Source: an uncultured Intestinimonas sp.
GTDB taxonomy: Bacteria; Bacillota; Clostridia; Oscillospirales; Oscillospiraceae
NCBI RefSeq assembly: GCF_944387725.1
Contig: NZ_CALXGA010000002.1
Location: 2,602 to 66,601, forward strand
Length of the DNA stretch: 64,000 bases
Direction: 5' to 3'
Translations under genes and position numbers: made by a program
Shown here: positions 49,136-59,422 of the stretch, in pieces
How positions within the stretch are numbered: position 1 is the stretch's first letter
Layout: each line of letters begins with the position of its first letter
The notes under the pieces: generated by a model
Told to the model about the DNA's origin: nothing
The model's database searches: none
Seen by the model: only the letters and a program-made list of their open reading frames with translations

Positions 49136-49552
49136 TCATTCGCTTCCGGCCTTATCGTCCGAAAGCTCACTCATTCTAGGGCGTCTCATCTCCCCACAAA
49201 AGCGGTTCACCGCTTTTGTGGGGGTTCCGTTTACCGCTTTTAACAACTGCCGGAGCTGTTCGCTGACCTGCCCGTAGCCATCCGCTAGCCTGTCACCGTA
49301 CACGACGGGGATCCTCCCCATGTTGGCCAGGGTGGTAAGCTGGTTCAGGTTCCGCCCCTGGCCTTTCAGGTCAGTGATCACTTTATCCAGGCCGTCCACC
49401 TGGACAATCTTTTTGCCCAGCCCACAGAAACACAGGTAGTCGGTGACCGTCATGTCCGCCTGCTTCGCCCGCGCCCGGATGGCCGCTTTGACCCGGGGTG
49501 TCACCAGGAGGGTGATGAGCTCCGTTTTCTTTGCTGCTCTCTGCATGCTCAC
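49136..49552 (-). CDS. mobC: MobC relaxosome accessory protein
   Basis: RHH-like N-terminus and GRNLNQLT motif directly upstream of the relaxase. Confidence 0.85.
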   Translation of the reverse strand: MSMQRAAKKTELITLLVTPRVKAAIRARAKQADMTVTDYLCFCGLGKKIVQVDGLDKVITDLKGQGRNLNQLTTLANMGRIPVVYGDRLADGYGQVSEQLRQLLKAVNGTPTKAVNRFCGEMRRPRMSELSDDKAGSE

Positions 49553-49559
49553 ACCTCTC

Positions 49560-49650
49560 TCCCCTTCAGGGGCTGGGGGACCAAGGCGGCACCCCAGAGT
49601 CTATGGCCGGCGTATCGGACGCGATGCTTGCCCTCCCTAACGGGAGAAGT
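49560..49650. other. Candidate oriT
   Basis: Directly upstream of mobC; ATGCTTGCCC at ~49624-49633 resembles the GCTTG^CC nic site of pC221-type MOBP origins. Confidence 0.45.
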
Positions 49651-49813
49651 TTTCCTTCTGTCGGTGCGTGCTTCCTTGGGTCGGAGCTTTGGGGAGGGTC
49701 GATAGGGTCGATCTCCGGGGCCTCCGGCGCATCGGCACTTTCGGCACTGTGAAGCTCCACAATCCGCCTCCCGTTGCTGCGCCGGACCGAGGCTACAATT
49801 CCGGCTTTCCCTA

Positions 49814-49977
49814 AGGGCTTGTTTGAAAAAAGTCAACATGCCCAATCAGCGGGTCTTTTGCCCCCTGGACGGCGCAATTTTTCCTTGAAATCCGCCAGGA
49901 TTCCTGCGAAAAAATTGCTTGCCAGCGGCCCAAAATCCCTCGCTGCTGGACACATCGCCAATTTTCAAACAAGCCCT
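49814..49977. mobile_element. MITE copy 2
   Basis: AGGGCTTGTTTGAAAA...TTTTCAAACAAGCCCT; nearly identical to 21585-21750. Confidence 0.88.
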
Positions 49978-49978
49978 A

Positions 49979-50367
49979 GTGATTGACGAGGTCGGGTACA
50001 TGCAGTTGAACCGCCAGGAGGCAGAATTGTTATTCCGGTTGGTTTCAGAGCGCTACGAGCACGGCAGTGTGATCCTCACCAGCAACAAATACTTCAGCGA
50101 CTGGGGCGAGCTGCTCAGCGATGATATCCTGGCCACTGCTCTCCTAGACCGGCTGCTCCACCACGCCCACGTGGTGAATATCCGGGGCCAGACCTACCGG
50201 CTGCGGGACCGCCTCAAGGCCGGCGTCTAACCGGTCCCACTGGCCGAAATTCCGGCGCACGGATAACTAGCAGGTAGGTTTCCGGCACCACAAGACCGGC
50301 GATGTGATTCCGGCGGTTGGGTCAGCTTCTTCCCGGCGATTCCGCTTTTTCTACTCCGGCGTTGACA
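49979..50367 (+). mobile_element. istB: IS21-family remnant: istB 3' end and right end
   Basis: VIDEVGY, LTSN, TALLDRLLHH; repeated TTCCGGC units ending in TTGACA. Confidence 0.82.
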
Positions 50368-50762
50368 GATCGAGTTCGATGATGCTTTTTTCGGCGGGCC
50401 GACGGTAGGTAAGAAGCGCGGACGTGGTATAGAGAAAGCCAAAGGATTCGTTGCACTATCGTTGGATCAGGATGAAAACCACAAAGGATATTCGTCAAAA
50501 GTCTGTGAAAAGCTTTGCGGAAAAGTTCTTTGCGGATCCCAGCACAATTATCAGCGACGGCTTTCGCAGTTATGGCCCGGCCCTTACTGCATTTGAACAT
50601 CATCCACAGCGCTATGACCCCAAAAGCGGGATGCTGCATTGGCTGCATATCCTGGTCAGCAATGCCAAGACGTTCCTCCTGGGTACCTGCCACGGCTTGC
50701 CCATCAAATTTTTAGATCACTATCTTGATGAATTCTGATTTCGTTTTTCTCGCAGGTTTTTT
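50368..50762 (+). mobile_element. IS1595-family transposase fragment
   Basis: IEFDDAFFGGPTVGKKRGRG, IISDG, YLDEF*FRFSRR with disruptions. Confidence 0.78.
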
Positions 50763-51434
50763 GGGGAGGTCCACTTCATCCAACGGCGGTATGGCTGGTT
50801 TCTGGAATCCCTGTCCAAAGGCGAGTCCTATGAAAAGAAAAAGGGCCAGAGGAAAGCACCTCTGGCCGCGCAGATCAGGAAACATGGTTTGGAGTCCTAT
50901 GTAAGCGGGGGAAGTCTGGGCGAGGCCCCGGTGGTGGACGCCCCCCAGGTGAACATCCATTTCGCGCTGAAGGAGCTGCCCAAGCGGGCGCCGGAGCTGG
51001 TGGAGCGGCTGTACTTTGACCGGCTTTCCGACTTCATCTATGTGGAGATGATGCAGGGACTGCAGAGGGGCTTTGTTCCAAAGCGGTACCCAAACTGCAA
51101 ACGATGGTTCCTCCAGAAACCCGGCGCTATCTACTCCTACTGCGATGGACCGGCGCCTGGAGAGGAGGAGAAAACCTGCCGGGATGTGGGGGGAACCACA
51201 AGCTTCCGGAATAAAGTACAGAACAGTGATATCTGGAAGCTCCACCAGCGGGCCTATAAGAAATACTTTGCCCGGACCAAAAAGGGTACCATGAGCAAGG
51301 CGGACTTCGAGGAATGGTCCCGAGAGGCGGAGCGCCTACGGGACCATTCCTCGAAGAGATACGATAATACAAGTGTTTTAAAAGAAATGGAACAGATTGC
51401 GCAGAAGTTAAAGGAAATGCTCAATCAAATCTAA
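50763..51434 (+). pseudogene. 5'-truncated DUF6076-like zinc-ribbon protein
   Basis: Open frame from 50763; KRYPNCKRWF...YCD...TCRDVG...AYKKYFAR; no native start. Confidence 0.55.
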
Positions 51435-51532
51435 AGCGCCAAGAGAGATCGCTCATCGTGATCCTTAGCTGAACACTGCCAGGATCTGTAGCTTGGAAAA
51501 AATTTGTTGATCTATACTGAACCTCTAAAAAC

Positions 51533-52649
51533 TCAAAAAATGGGTTGATCCACACCAGAAAGGATGGAGACTCCGTACTGATAGGCATAGCAGGACCAAC
51601 GGATGGTGTCTGGTGCACGGGTCGTGTTAAAGAAATCCGAGACAGCGAAGAGCGGCCGCTCATCAACCAAGTTCTCCACATGAACCAGAATGTCTCCCCG
51701 TCCGGAATAGTGCTTGGCCACCAGGTTATTCAGCGTCTGGATATAGCCATCCGTACGGGTAATCTTCACGCAAATAAATCAGCAGGCGGGTCTCCGTATC
51801 GCCAAATCGCTGGCAGTAGGCACGGAATGCTTTCTCGTACACAGGGAAAGGATCGTCGAAGTCGGGGATAGACAGGTAGGTAGGGGACGTCTTCTCCAGA
51901 CGGACAGAGCCAGCGGGGCGGACGGAGCCCATGTGCGTCTCGATAAAGCGGTGGGACAGGCAACAAAAAGGAATCCCGCTGCCGCACCAGTTTCTCGTAA
52001 GGCCACTCCCACCAGGCGATGGCCTCTGCAGGGCCTGGATCTCTTCTGGGCTGAAGCGATATTTGATAACCTTGGCCGGGTTGCCGCCCACGATGGCATA
52101 GGCAGGCACGTCCTTTGCGACTACCGACCCGGCTACTACCACTGCGCCGTTGTGGATGGTTACACCACCCATGATGGTCGCTCCGTGCCCGATCCAAACA
52201 TCATTTTGGATCAGAATCTGCCCCTTTTCCCGCAATTTCGTGTGTACATTTAGACAGGGCTTCCAGAAACCAGCCATACCGCCGCTGGATGAAGCGGACC
52301 TCCTGGAGCCGCTGCCTCATGATGCCAGGCAGCTGATAGGCGCCGTTTACGATGTCCTCTGCGGGGAGGAGGGGAGGAAGGAGACTGCAGCGGTGGTCAC
52401 CGCCAGGTAGTCGTGATTTAAATTGACCAGGAAACAAAGTTCGTCGGCCATAGAACAGTAACGCCCGATCTGTATGCTGTGTACGCCCGCAGCGAAATCA
52501 AAATTGAGCCCGGTCTGAACCGTTGCGGAGACAATATAGCTATCCATATCCAGGCACAAGATGGGGAAATCCTGAAGAACCTTCCCCACCGTCAGCCGTG
52601 TGAACTGCTTCACTGTTTTGGGCTCCACGTGGATATTGTTTACAATCAT
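51533..52649 (-). pseudogene. CatB/Vat-like hexapeptide O-acetyltransferase, disrupted
   Basis: [44 protein letters not shown] across several frames, plus a ~120-bp insert. Confidence 0.8.
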
Positions 52650-53551
52650 GTCAACGCTCCTTTTGATCCTGACCATAGGCCGGCCAGGCCCTGCTCCAGA
52701 GAAATCCGGGGGCTCCAGCCCGGGACTGGCGGGTAAAGTCTAGGAGCATGGCGCATATCACGATCCGGGGCAGGGCGGGTGCCCCAATTTGTCTGCACCG
52801 TCAGACCACAGATTTTTACCATGGTTTCCACCGTTTTGCGCAGAGAGGGGATGGCATCCGGAAGCACTTGGAACTGCTGGTTTTCCCACTCCCCAGAGAC
52901 CAGTTGCTTCCCGGCCAGGATAAACGCCTCCGTCACATCGTCGATGTGGACGGCGGCATAGTCCTGCTGTCCATCGGACAGATCGATTGCTCTATGGCTG
53001 CGGGCGGCATCCAGAATAAGATTTAACACCTTAGACCGCCGGTCACCAGGACCGTAGGTGTCCGCCAGCACAAGCGTTCCTGCCCGGAGTAATCCTGTGT
53101 CAGTATAATATGCCAGCAGATCCCGGAATGCGCGCTTAGTTGCTGCGTAGAGATTGAGTGGACGGTACGCATCGCCTTGGCAATGTTCCATGATACTGGT
53201 GGCGCAGATCAGGTTTCTACACTCGCAGCTTGCCATCGCTTCCAGCAGATATGCGCCGTATGCGATATTGGATGCTACTAACTGGGTGGTGTTGTCCATA
53301 TCATGGGCGCCAGTATAGTAGGCCGCCAGATGATAGACCAGATCTGGCCGGCAGCGCTCCACCTGTGCTAAAACATTCATCCCCTCACCGTCGCAGGGCA
53401 GGAGCGTTATCTGATTCTGAATATCTTCGATATATGTGGTATGAAGAGGGTTTCGCACGAGACCAAAAACCTGGTGTTCACCCTGCGCCAGCAGACGGCG
53501 GGCCAGATGGCTGCCGATATACCCGGTCAGTCCGGTGATTAAAATATGCAT
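52646..53551 (-). CDS. NAD-dependent epimerase/4-reductase (CDP-deoxysugar synthase-like)
   Basis: TGLTGYIG, YAATK, DTYGPGD. Confidence 0.85.
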   Translation of the reverse strand: MHILITGLTGYIGSHLARRLLAQGEHQVFGLVRNPLHTTYIEDIQNQITLLPCDGEGMNVLAQVERCRPDLVYHLAAYYTGAHDMDNTTQLVASNIAYGAYLLEAMASCECRNLICATSIMEHCQGDAYRPLNLYAATKRAFRDLLAYYTDTGLLRAGTLVLADTYGPGDRRSKVLNLILDAARSHRAIDLSDGQQDYAAVHIDDVTEAFILAGKQLVSGEWENQQFQVLPDAIPSLRKTVETMVKICGLTVQTNWGTRPAPDRDMRHAPRLYPPVPGWSPRISLEQGLAGLWSGSKGALT

Positions 53552-53565
53552 AGTATCACCCTATA

Positions 53566-54132
53566 TTACAGGCCGCCAAAGTGGTCGCAGAACCAAGAAA
53601 AAGATGGCAGCGCTTGGTCCTTTTCCGATATGATCAATTCCTCAATCTGATCAATTGGCCAGGAGATTTTGAGTTCCGAATCATTCCATACAATACCTCC
53701 ATCCGAATCGGGATCATACTGGTCTCCACACAAGTAGTTGAACAATGTATCCGGCTCTAGGGCCAGAAAACCATGGGCGAATCCCTTTGGGATATAGAGC
53801 ATCTCCTGGTTCTCAGCGGATAGTGTAAATCCCCGCCATTGACCGAAAGTGGGCGAGCCCCGGCGCAGATCAACCGCTACATCGTACACTGCGCCATACA
53901 ATACTCTTACAAGCTTGTCCTGGCTATATTCCCTTTGGAAGTGCAGACCACGAATGACTCCCTTCCGAGACTGGGAGGTCAGATCCTCATAGGGAGTAAG
54001 TAAAATCCCCTGCTGACGGAATATACCTTGTTCAAAAGACTTCATCAGACAGCCGCGTTCATCTGGAACAACACGCGGTCGGATGGCCACAAGGCCAAAA
54101 AGATCAGTAGGCTGAAACGAAAACCGCTGCAT
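53566..54132 (-). CDS. rfbC: NDP-4-keto-6-deoxyhexose 3,5-epimerase (RmlC/RfbC family)
   Basis: DERG, RGLHFQ, DVAVDLR, GFAHGF. Confidence 0.92.
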   Translation of the reverse strand: MQRFSFQPTDLFGLVAIRPRVVPDERGCLMKSFEQGIFRQQGILLTPYEDLTSQSRKGVIRGLHFQREYSQDKLVRVLYGAVYDVAVDLRRGSPTFGQWRGFTLSAENQEMLYIPKGFAHGFLALEPDTLFNYLCGDQYDPDSDGGIVWNDSELKISWPIDQIEELIISEKDQALPSFSWFCDHFGGL

Positions 54133-54153
54133 CCCCCACCATCCTATCGTTTT

Positions 54154-54906
54154 TTATTTGATACGCTTCAACCATCCACCAGGGCAGGAGGTTAGAACAC
54201 TTTTCTGTTCAAAAGAGTCATCTACTATAAAATCGTCGCAGTTCTTCAAAAAAGCTTGCACAGCAGTATATGGATTGTTTCCTTTGCCCCATGGACGGTC
54301 GCTGTAGGTATGATCTGCAAATTCAATTCCAGTATCGTATACTACAACATAAGAATTTTGGGACACCAGAGGTGCATAGAGCTTTAATTCTTCCAGTACA
54401 TGGGCATGGGTGTGGCATGAATCAAGCAACACCATAACTGTCTGATGGCGCTCCGCAATCTGGCAAACCTGCTCAGCAATGCCAGCGTCAATCGAAGAAC
54501 CCTCAAGCATGGTAATCCGCTTATGCATGGGGTGAACTTCGATAGCGGCCCGATTGTGCGTGCGGATGTCAATGTCAATCCCCACCACTTCCCGCTTGAT
54601 ATTTTGCGCCCCATCAAATGTATCAAGCAGCTCCAGCATGGAGGCAGAAAAAATGAGGCTGCCGCCATGGGCGATCCCGGTCTCAATGATTAAATCAGGC
54701 CGAACACTCATAATCACCTCCTGCAAGCTGATCATATCCTGCGGGATCTGAATGATGGGACGCCCCATCCAAGTAAAATAGTAGCCATATTTATAGCGCG
54801 ACACATGATCCTGGAACTGCTTGGCCAAGCGCTTGGTATCCGGATCCTGCGTCATAGCATGGATATCTTCTTCCTTTTCCTGCTGGAACTGCGCTACTGC
54901 GTCCAT
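54154..54906 (-). CDS. CmcI (cephalosporin hydroxylase-family) methyltransferase-fold protein
   Basis: WMGRPIIQIPQD, IETGIAHGGSL, LDSCHTHAHV. Confidence 0.9.
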   Translation of the reverse strand: MDAVAQFQQEKEEDIHAMTQDPDTKRLAKQFQDHVSRYKYGYYFTWMGRPIIQIPQDMISLQEVIMSVRPDLIIETGIAHGGSLIFSASMLELLDTFDGAQNIKREVVGIDIDIRTHNRAAIEVHPMHKRITMLEGSSIDAGIAEQVCQIAERHQTVMVLLDSCHTHAHVLEELKLYAPLVSQNSYVVVYDTGIEFADHTYSDRPWGKGNNPYTAVQAFLKNCDDFIVDDSFEQKSVLTSCPGGWLKRIK

Positions 54907-55369
54907 TTTAATCACCATGCCGACCGTTACACGGTCTGCACAAATAGGGATGAAAGAGTGCAGACAAACGATCGCCTTTCTTATAAAATTGAGATGAGGG
55001 GGAAGCACACTACAGCGCTCGGGGAGGTAAGTCGTAGATTGCTTCCAGAGTTCAAACCAGTATTTTAATCAGTGTCAGAACCGCCTTTTCAAGCACAAAT
55101 AAGTGGCGCTTCGAGCCCGGAAACTAAGGATTGTATTAACGCCTGTTAATTGCTTGGCGGTTCAGTCACTGCTTCCTCCTCTCCACATTGAAATGAGGAG
55201 GGTGTAGATTGAAAGTCGTATTTACTACGCTTTGAAATATGAGCACATTGCCAAACGCCGGCGAAAGAAAAGAGCCATATGCTCTCCACTGGGGGAATCT
55301 GGAACCCTGGGGATCTGTTCAAGGTCGATATGCCTGATCACCCTGCCCAGAAGATTTCCTTTAATCCCA

Positions 55370-56446
55370 TTAAATAGGATCTTTAAGGGCAAAATATTTC
55401 CGGATCTCTTCCGTCATTTCCTCCAAAATTGTTTTGCTCTCCAGCCAGACGTGTGTCCAACGAACGGTCTCCTGAATGGCCTGATCGATATGCCATTGAG
55501 GTGTCCAGCCAAGACGGGAAACAATTTTTGAGCAGTCTAACTTGAGAAAATTCGCCTCATGAGGGCCACCCGCATGCTCAGGTGCGTGCCAGCCAGCGCC
55601 CTTTCCCCAGGCATGGCAGAACAGCTCCACCAACTTCCCCGTTGTCACACAGTCCACAGCATCTGGCCCTACATTATAGCATCCAGAGACAGAGGGATCT
55701 GTAAATTGCTCTCTGGCCACCAGTAAATACGCCGAAAGCGGCTCCAGCACATGCTGGTACGGGCGGATCGAACCTGGATTACGTACCTCAATTCGCTGAT
55801 GGTTTAATACACCGCGAATACAGTCTGGAATGATACGATCCGCCGCAAAATCCCCGCCACCGATCACATTACCCGCCCGCAGGGTCGATACCGCGACTTC
55901 ACTGTTTCTCAAAAAGCTTCGGAAATAGCTGTGTGTCACCAACTCCGAGCACGATTTGGAGTTGGAGTAGGGGTCGTAGCCATCCAGCCGGTCAGTTTCT
56001 CGATAGGGCCAATCCCATTCCTGATTATCATAGACTTTATCTGTGGTCACATTCACAAGGCTCCGGACCGAATCTGTTTTCCTGACACACTCCAGAACAT
56101 GCACCGTTCCCATCACATTGGTGGCGTAAGTGGCAACCGGGTCACGGTAGCTCTCTCGCACAATTGGCTGGGCCGCCAAGTGAAAAACGATCTCCGGCTG
56201 GACGTGGTGAAAGACTTTTTTCAATGTCTCTAGATCTCGAATATCCGCAATCGTAGAGGAGAGAGCGCCATCCAGCCCAGCAATCCGATAAAGGCTTGGT
56301 TGTGTCGGCGGCTCCAACCCATAGCCGTACACTTCCGCACCCCAATCGAGGAGAAGCTTGCAGAGCCAGGCACCCTTGAAGCCGGTATGGCCCGTAATCA
56401 GAATTTTCCTGCCCCGATAAAAGGACTGCATTGGCTCCATGGGCAT
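55370..56446 (-). CDS. rfbG: CDP-glucose 4,6-dehydratase
   Basis: TGHTGFKG, HLAAQP, TTDKVY, YSNSK, RAGNVIGGGD. Confidence 0.95.
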   Translation of the reverse strand: MPMEPMQSFYRGRKILITGHTGFKGAWLCKLLLDWGAEVYGYGLEPPTQPSLYRIAGLDGALSSTIADIRDLETLKKVFHHVQPEIVFHLAAQPIVRESYRDPVATYATNVMGTVHVLECVRKTDSVRSLVNVTTDKVYDNQEWDWPYRETDRLDGYDPYSNSKSCSELVTHSYFRSFLRNSEVAVSTLRAGNVIGGGDFAADRIIPDCIRGVLNHQRIEVRNPGSIRPYQHVLEPLSAYLLVAREQFTDPSVSGCYNVGPDAVDCVTTGKLVELFCHAWGKGAGWHAPEHAGGPHEANFLKLDCSKIVSRLGWTPQWHIDQAIQETVRWTHVWLESKTILEEMTEEIRKYFALKDPI

Positions 56447-56460
56447 CCTGCCTTTCCAGA

Positions 56461-57549
56461 TTATAAAAATGCGTATAGTACAGTCTCCGTGTCAATATTG
56501 GAATAATGCCGAAGGGCAAATTGATATTCTGGCACCAGTGATTTGAGATATTGCATCAGAACAATCACATCACCGGGTCTGTGGTATGCCGAGATGGCAC
56601 AGAGAGGCTTGTCCCGCCGGATAGTCTTGGCGGCCCCGCGCAGCGCAGGCAACTCAGATCCCTCAATATCCATCTTGATAAAGGATACTGTGGTATTGCC
56701 CACTATTTCGTCCAGCGTGACCAGTGAGATCTCCACATCCCCACCTTGGGCAATCAAGCTGCTGGAGGTTCCCCTGCTGTCAAAGGAGGCAGTTCCATTG
56801 TGATCGTATAGTCCAGCCTGATAGAACGAGATGTTCGGGAGGCCGTGTTTCTGTGCGGCCAGTTTACATCTCTCCAGGTTTTCAGCATCTGGCTCAAAGG
56901 CGAAAATCTTTGAATACTGTCCACCGCACCAGTGCGCAAAGCGAAGCGAAGTATCACAGTTAAAGCATCCGGCGTCTACAAACGCACCGCCCTTTGGATA
57001 TTTTTCAGGAAAATCAAAGTATTGATGCTCAAAATCTTCTTCTCGATACCCACATATAATTAACTGCTCGGCAGAAAAGCCTCGACTCATTAAAAATTGA
57101 TGAATTTCTTTTGAGTGATCGACTGGAGTAATCAAAATACAGTAATCAGTAAAATTGTTTGCACTCTCCGGTGGCGGCATCACAGGAAGTCCCATGCAAG
57201 AGGTCATTGTTTCATAATTTTGGTCAAAGAAACCGGTTAAGTTTGCAGAAATACTACGCAAATACTCTGCCCATTTTTTCCCGTATCTCCCCGCACCATA
57301 AATCGCAATGGGCTTTTTTGTTTTGGCGGCATCCTGTAAGATATTGAGCTTCAAATAGCCGCTTTTAGATTGTCTGCAAACCTCTATCATGTCATCTACA
57401 TATTGAGGATGAAAAAGGAGGTCCGTTTTTACGCGAGCGTCAAAGATTATTTTCGAAATCTCGTCATAAAGCGCCCCATAGCAGTCTTTTAGGTCCTGAA
57501 ACCAGGCATAACCGTCCCACCAATTGGGTCGTTCAGAAGGTAGACACAT
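56461..57549 (-). CDS. FkbM-family methyltransferase with an N-terminal Rossmann-like domain
   Basis: IYGAG, FVDAG, AFEPD, IKMDIEG, ETVLYA. Confidence 0.88.
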   Translation of the reverse strand: MCLPSERPNWWDGYAWFQDLKDCYGALYDEISKIIFDARVKTDLLFHPQYVDDMIEVCRQSKSGYLKLNILQDAAKTKKPIAIYGAGRYGKKWAEYLRSISANLTGFFDQNYETMTSCMGLPVMPPPESANNFTDYCILITPVDHSKEIHQFLMSRGFSAEQLIICGYREEDFEHQYFDFPEKYPKGGAFVDAGCFNCDTSLRFAHWCGGQYSKIFAFEPDAENLERCKLAAQKHGLPNISFYQAGLYDHNGTASFDSRGTSSSLIAQGGDVEISLVTLDEIVGNTTVSFIKMDIEGSELPALRGAAKTIRRDKPLCAISAYHRPGDVIVLMQYLKSLVPEYQFALRHYSNIDTETVLYAFL

Positions 57550-57578
57550 ATCTTTCTCCTTTGTTTATTACAGGCTAA

Positions 57579-59387
57579 TCACAGATCCAAGTTTGGGTCG
57601 AGGAAATCCCCAAGATAGAGGATTCTCTTCACTGAAGGATATTTTTCCGCAACTGTGCGGCAAATTGATCCAGCCGAAACGCTCGTAAACGTTATAATAA
57701 CGATCTCTATATTTTCACGCATAATAATGTCAGGAGCCTCTATGACCTTCCTATGTAATTGTAGCCCCTGCTTTTTGACTGCGGAATCAACCAGAAAGAA
57801 GTCTGCTTTCCATACGTCCGAAATTGTCTGATAGAGCGCTTCGACTGGGCTGATCATTCCCCACAAAGCTGTCTTATAGCCGCGTAGTTTTTGAAAATTT
57901 TTCAAATAAAGTTCTTTGTCAATATACTCTGGCAGATAGGCGTCCACAATTTTTTGGCAGTGCTCACATACCATTGGCGTAATGGGGCGGAATATCTCGC
58001 GCTCTTTCCATACTGCCATGTGCCCGCAGTGTGGACAACGTCCCTGGACATCGGCCAAACCTGCGCCGCAATACCGCAAATGTCCTTCCGGAATGCTATC
58101 TATGCCCCTTTTAACGGCGGTGCTAATGTCCAGCATCATTGTCCGATACTCCTGATCGGTCATTTTTGTCACATTTATCTGTGGACAGCCCTGACGAATA
58201 TACTCCACCTCATCGGTGATGATACCCCGCCGGCAGGCGTTTTGATAGAGGATGGAGCCAGGATAGACGGAGATATAGCCAAGTTTAATATTGTATTCCG
58301 GGTGCGCCTTCCACCAATTCAGGGTATTGTGATAGGTTTCTACTGTTTCCGCTTCATCGCCGAAGATAAAGTTACCCTGCGCAGTCAGATTGGCCTTTCT
58401 ACACATTTGCAGTGCAGAGTCAATCTGTTCAACGGTAATGTGCTTATTCATACTTTTCAGGATGGTATTATCCGCGCTTTCCAGGCCAAAACCTGCGTAC
58501 CGGCAGCCACTTTCCTTGAGCCGGTTAATCATCTCCTGATTGACCATATCGACACGAAGGGAAATCATATAGGTCAAATTGCGCTCCTTCATAGCGTCGC
58601 AAAATGTATCGAACTCCGTCTGCCGCAGGGCAAACAGCTCATCTGAAATGTAGAGGGATTGAATGTGATAGGTCTCAATCAGGTAATCCACCTCATTCAG
58701 GATGTTGCTGAGAGACCGCTTGCGGTACTTTGTCCCGCTGGGATGGAAGCAAAAGGTACAGTTGAACGGGCAGGAACGGCTGAAGGACACCACGCCGCTG
58801 TGTTCCGCGTTCAGTTCAAAGTTTGCCTTGTCCAGAAGCTGGTCATATTCAAAGCCTTCATAGTCGGGAAACGGAAGCGCATCCAGGTCCTCAATTTCCT
58901 TTCGGGGACGAGTTATGACCCACTTCTCTGCTTCGCCGTCCCGATAAATGAGACCATCTACCGAGGCAAGCTCACGCTTACCCTCCATGGCCTCTGCAAG
59001 TTCACAGATGGTGATTTCACCCTCACCAATCATACCATAATCGGCGTATTCCAACGCTTCCATGGCTGGAACCGGGCTTGCGGTGATGATGCCGCCGCCC
59101 ACCCAGGTGATGATGTCAGGTTTCATCTGTTTGGCGGTTTCAAAGATCTCCCGAAGCTCCGAATACTGCGTGGTTAAGCCACCAGACGCAATCACATCCA
59201 CATCATGCTCCCGGATCAAGCGCTCCAGCAGTTCCCGCACAGTTCCCTTTTTATAATTCAGGTTGTAAGTAATTACATGCCGTTCTGTGGCCTTTAACGC
59301 CGCTGAAACATAAGCCATTCCAACCGGGAAGGCGTAGCTTGCGTCATCGTCCCGAGTCAGCCTCGGCATCACAATACAGTAGTTCAT
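57579..59387 (-). CDS. B12-binding radical SAM protein
   Basis: N-terminal cobalamin-type domain (GGG...GEGE), CPFNCTFC, GLES. Confidence 0.9.
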   Translation of the reverse strand: MNYCIVMPRLTRDDDASYAFPVGMAYVSAALKATERHVITYNLNYKKGTVRELLERLIREHDVDVIASGGLTTQYSELREIFETAKQMKPDIITWVGGGIITASPVPAMEALEYADYGMIGEGEITICELAEAMEGKRELASVDGLIYRDGEAEKWVITRPRKEIEDLDALPFPDYEGFEYDQLLDKANFELNAEHSGVVSFSRSCPFNCTFCFHPSGTKYRKRSLSNILNEVDYLIETYHIQSLYISDELFALRQTEFDTFCDAMKERNLTYMISLRVDMVNQEMINRLKESGCRYAGFGLESADNTILKSMNKHITVEQIDSALQMCRKANLTAQGNFIFGDEAETVETYHNTLNWWKAHPEYNIKLGYISVYPGSILYQNACRRGIITDEVEYIRQGCPQINVTKMTDQEYRTMMLDISTAVKRGIDSIPEGHLRYCGAGLADVQGRCPHCGHMAVWKEREIFRPITPMVCEHCQKIVDAYLPEYIDKELYLKNFQKLRGYKTALWGMISPVEALYQTISDVWKADFFLVDSAVKKQGLQLHRKVIEAPDIIMRENIEIVIITFTSVSAGSICRTVAEKYPSVKRILYLGDFLDPNLDL

Positions 59388-59422
59388 TCCCTTTTCCCTC
59401 CGGAATTCATCCTGTCAAGTGG

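Noticed and set aside
55010-55369. Gap between the cmcI-type gene and rfbG containing short ORFs
   Set aside because: No family or structure could be recognised; possibly a deleted-gene remnant.
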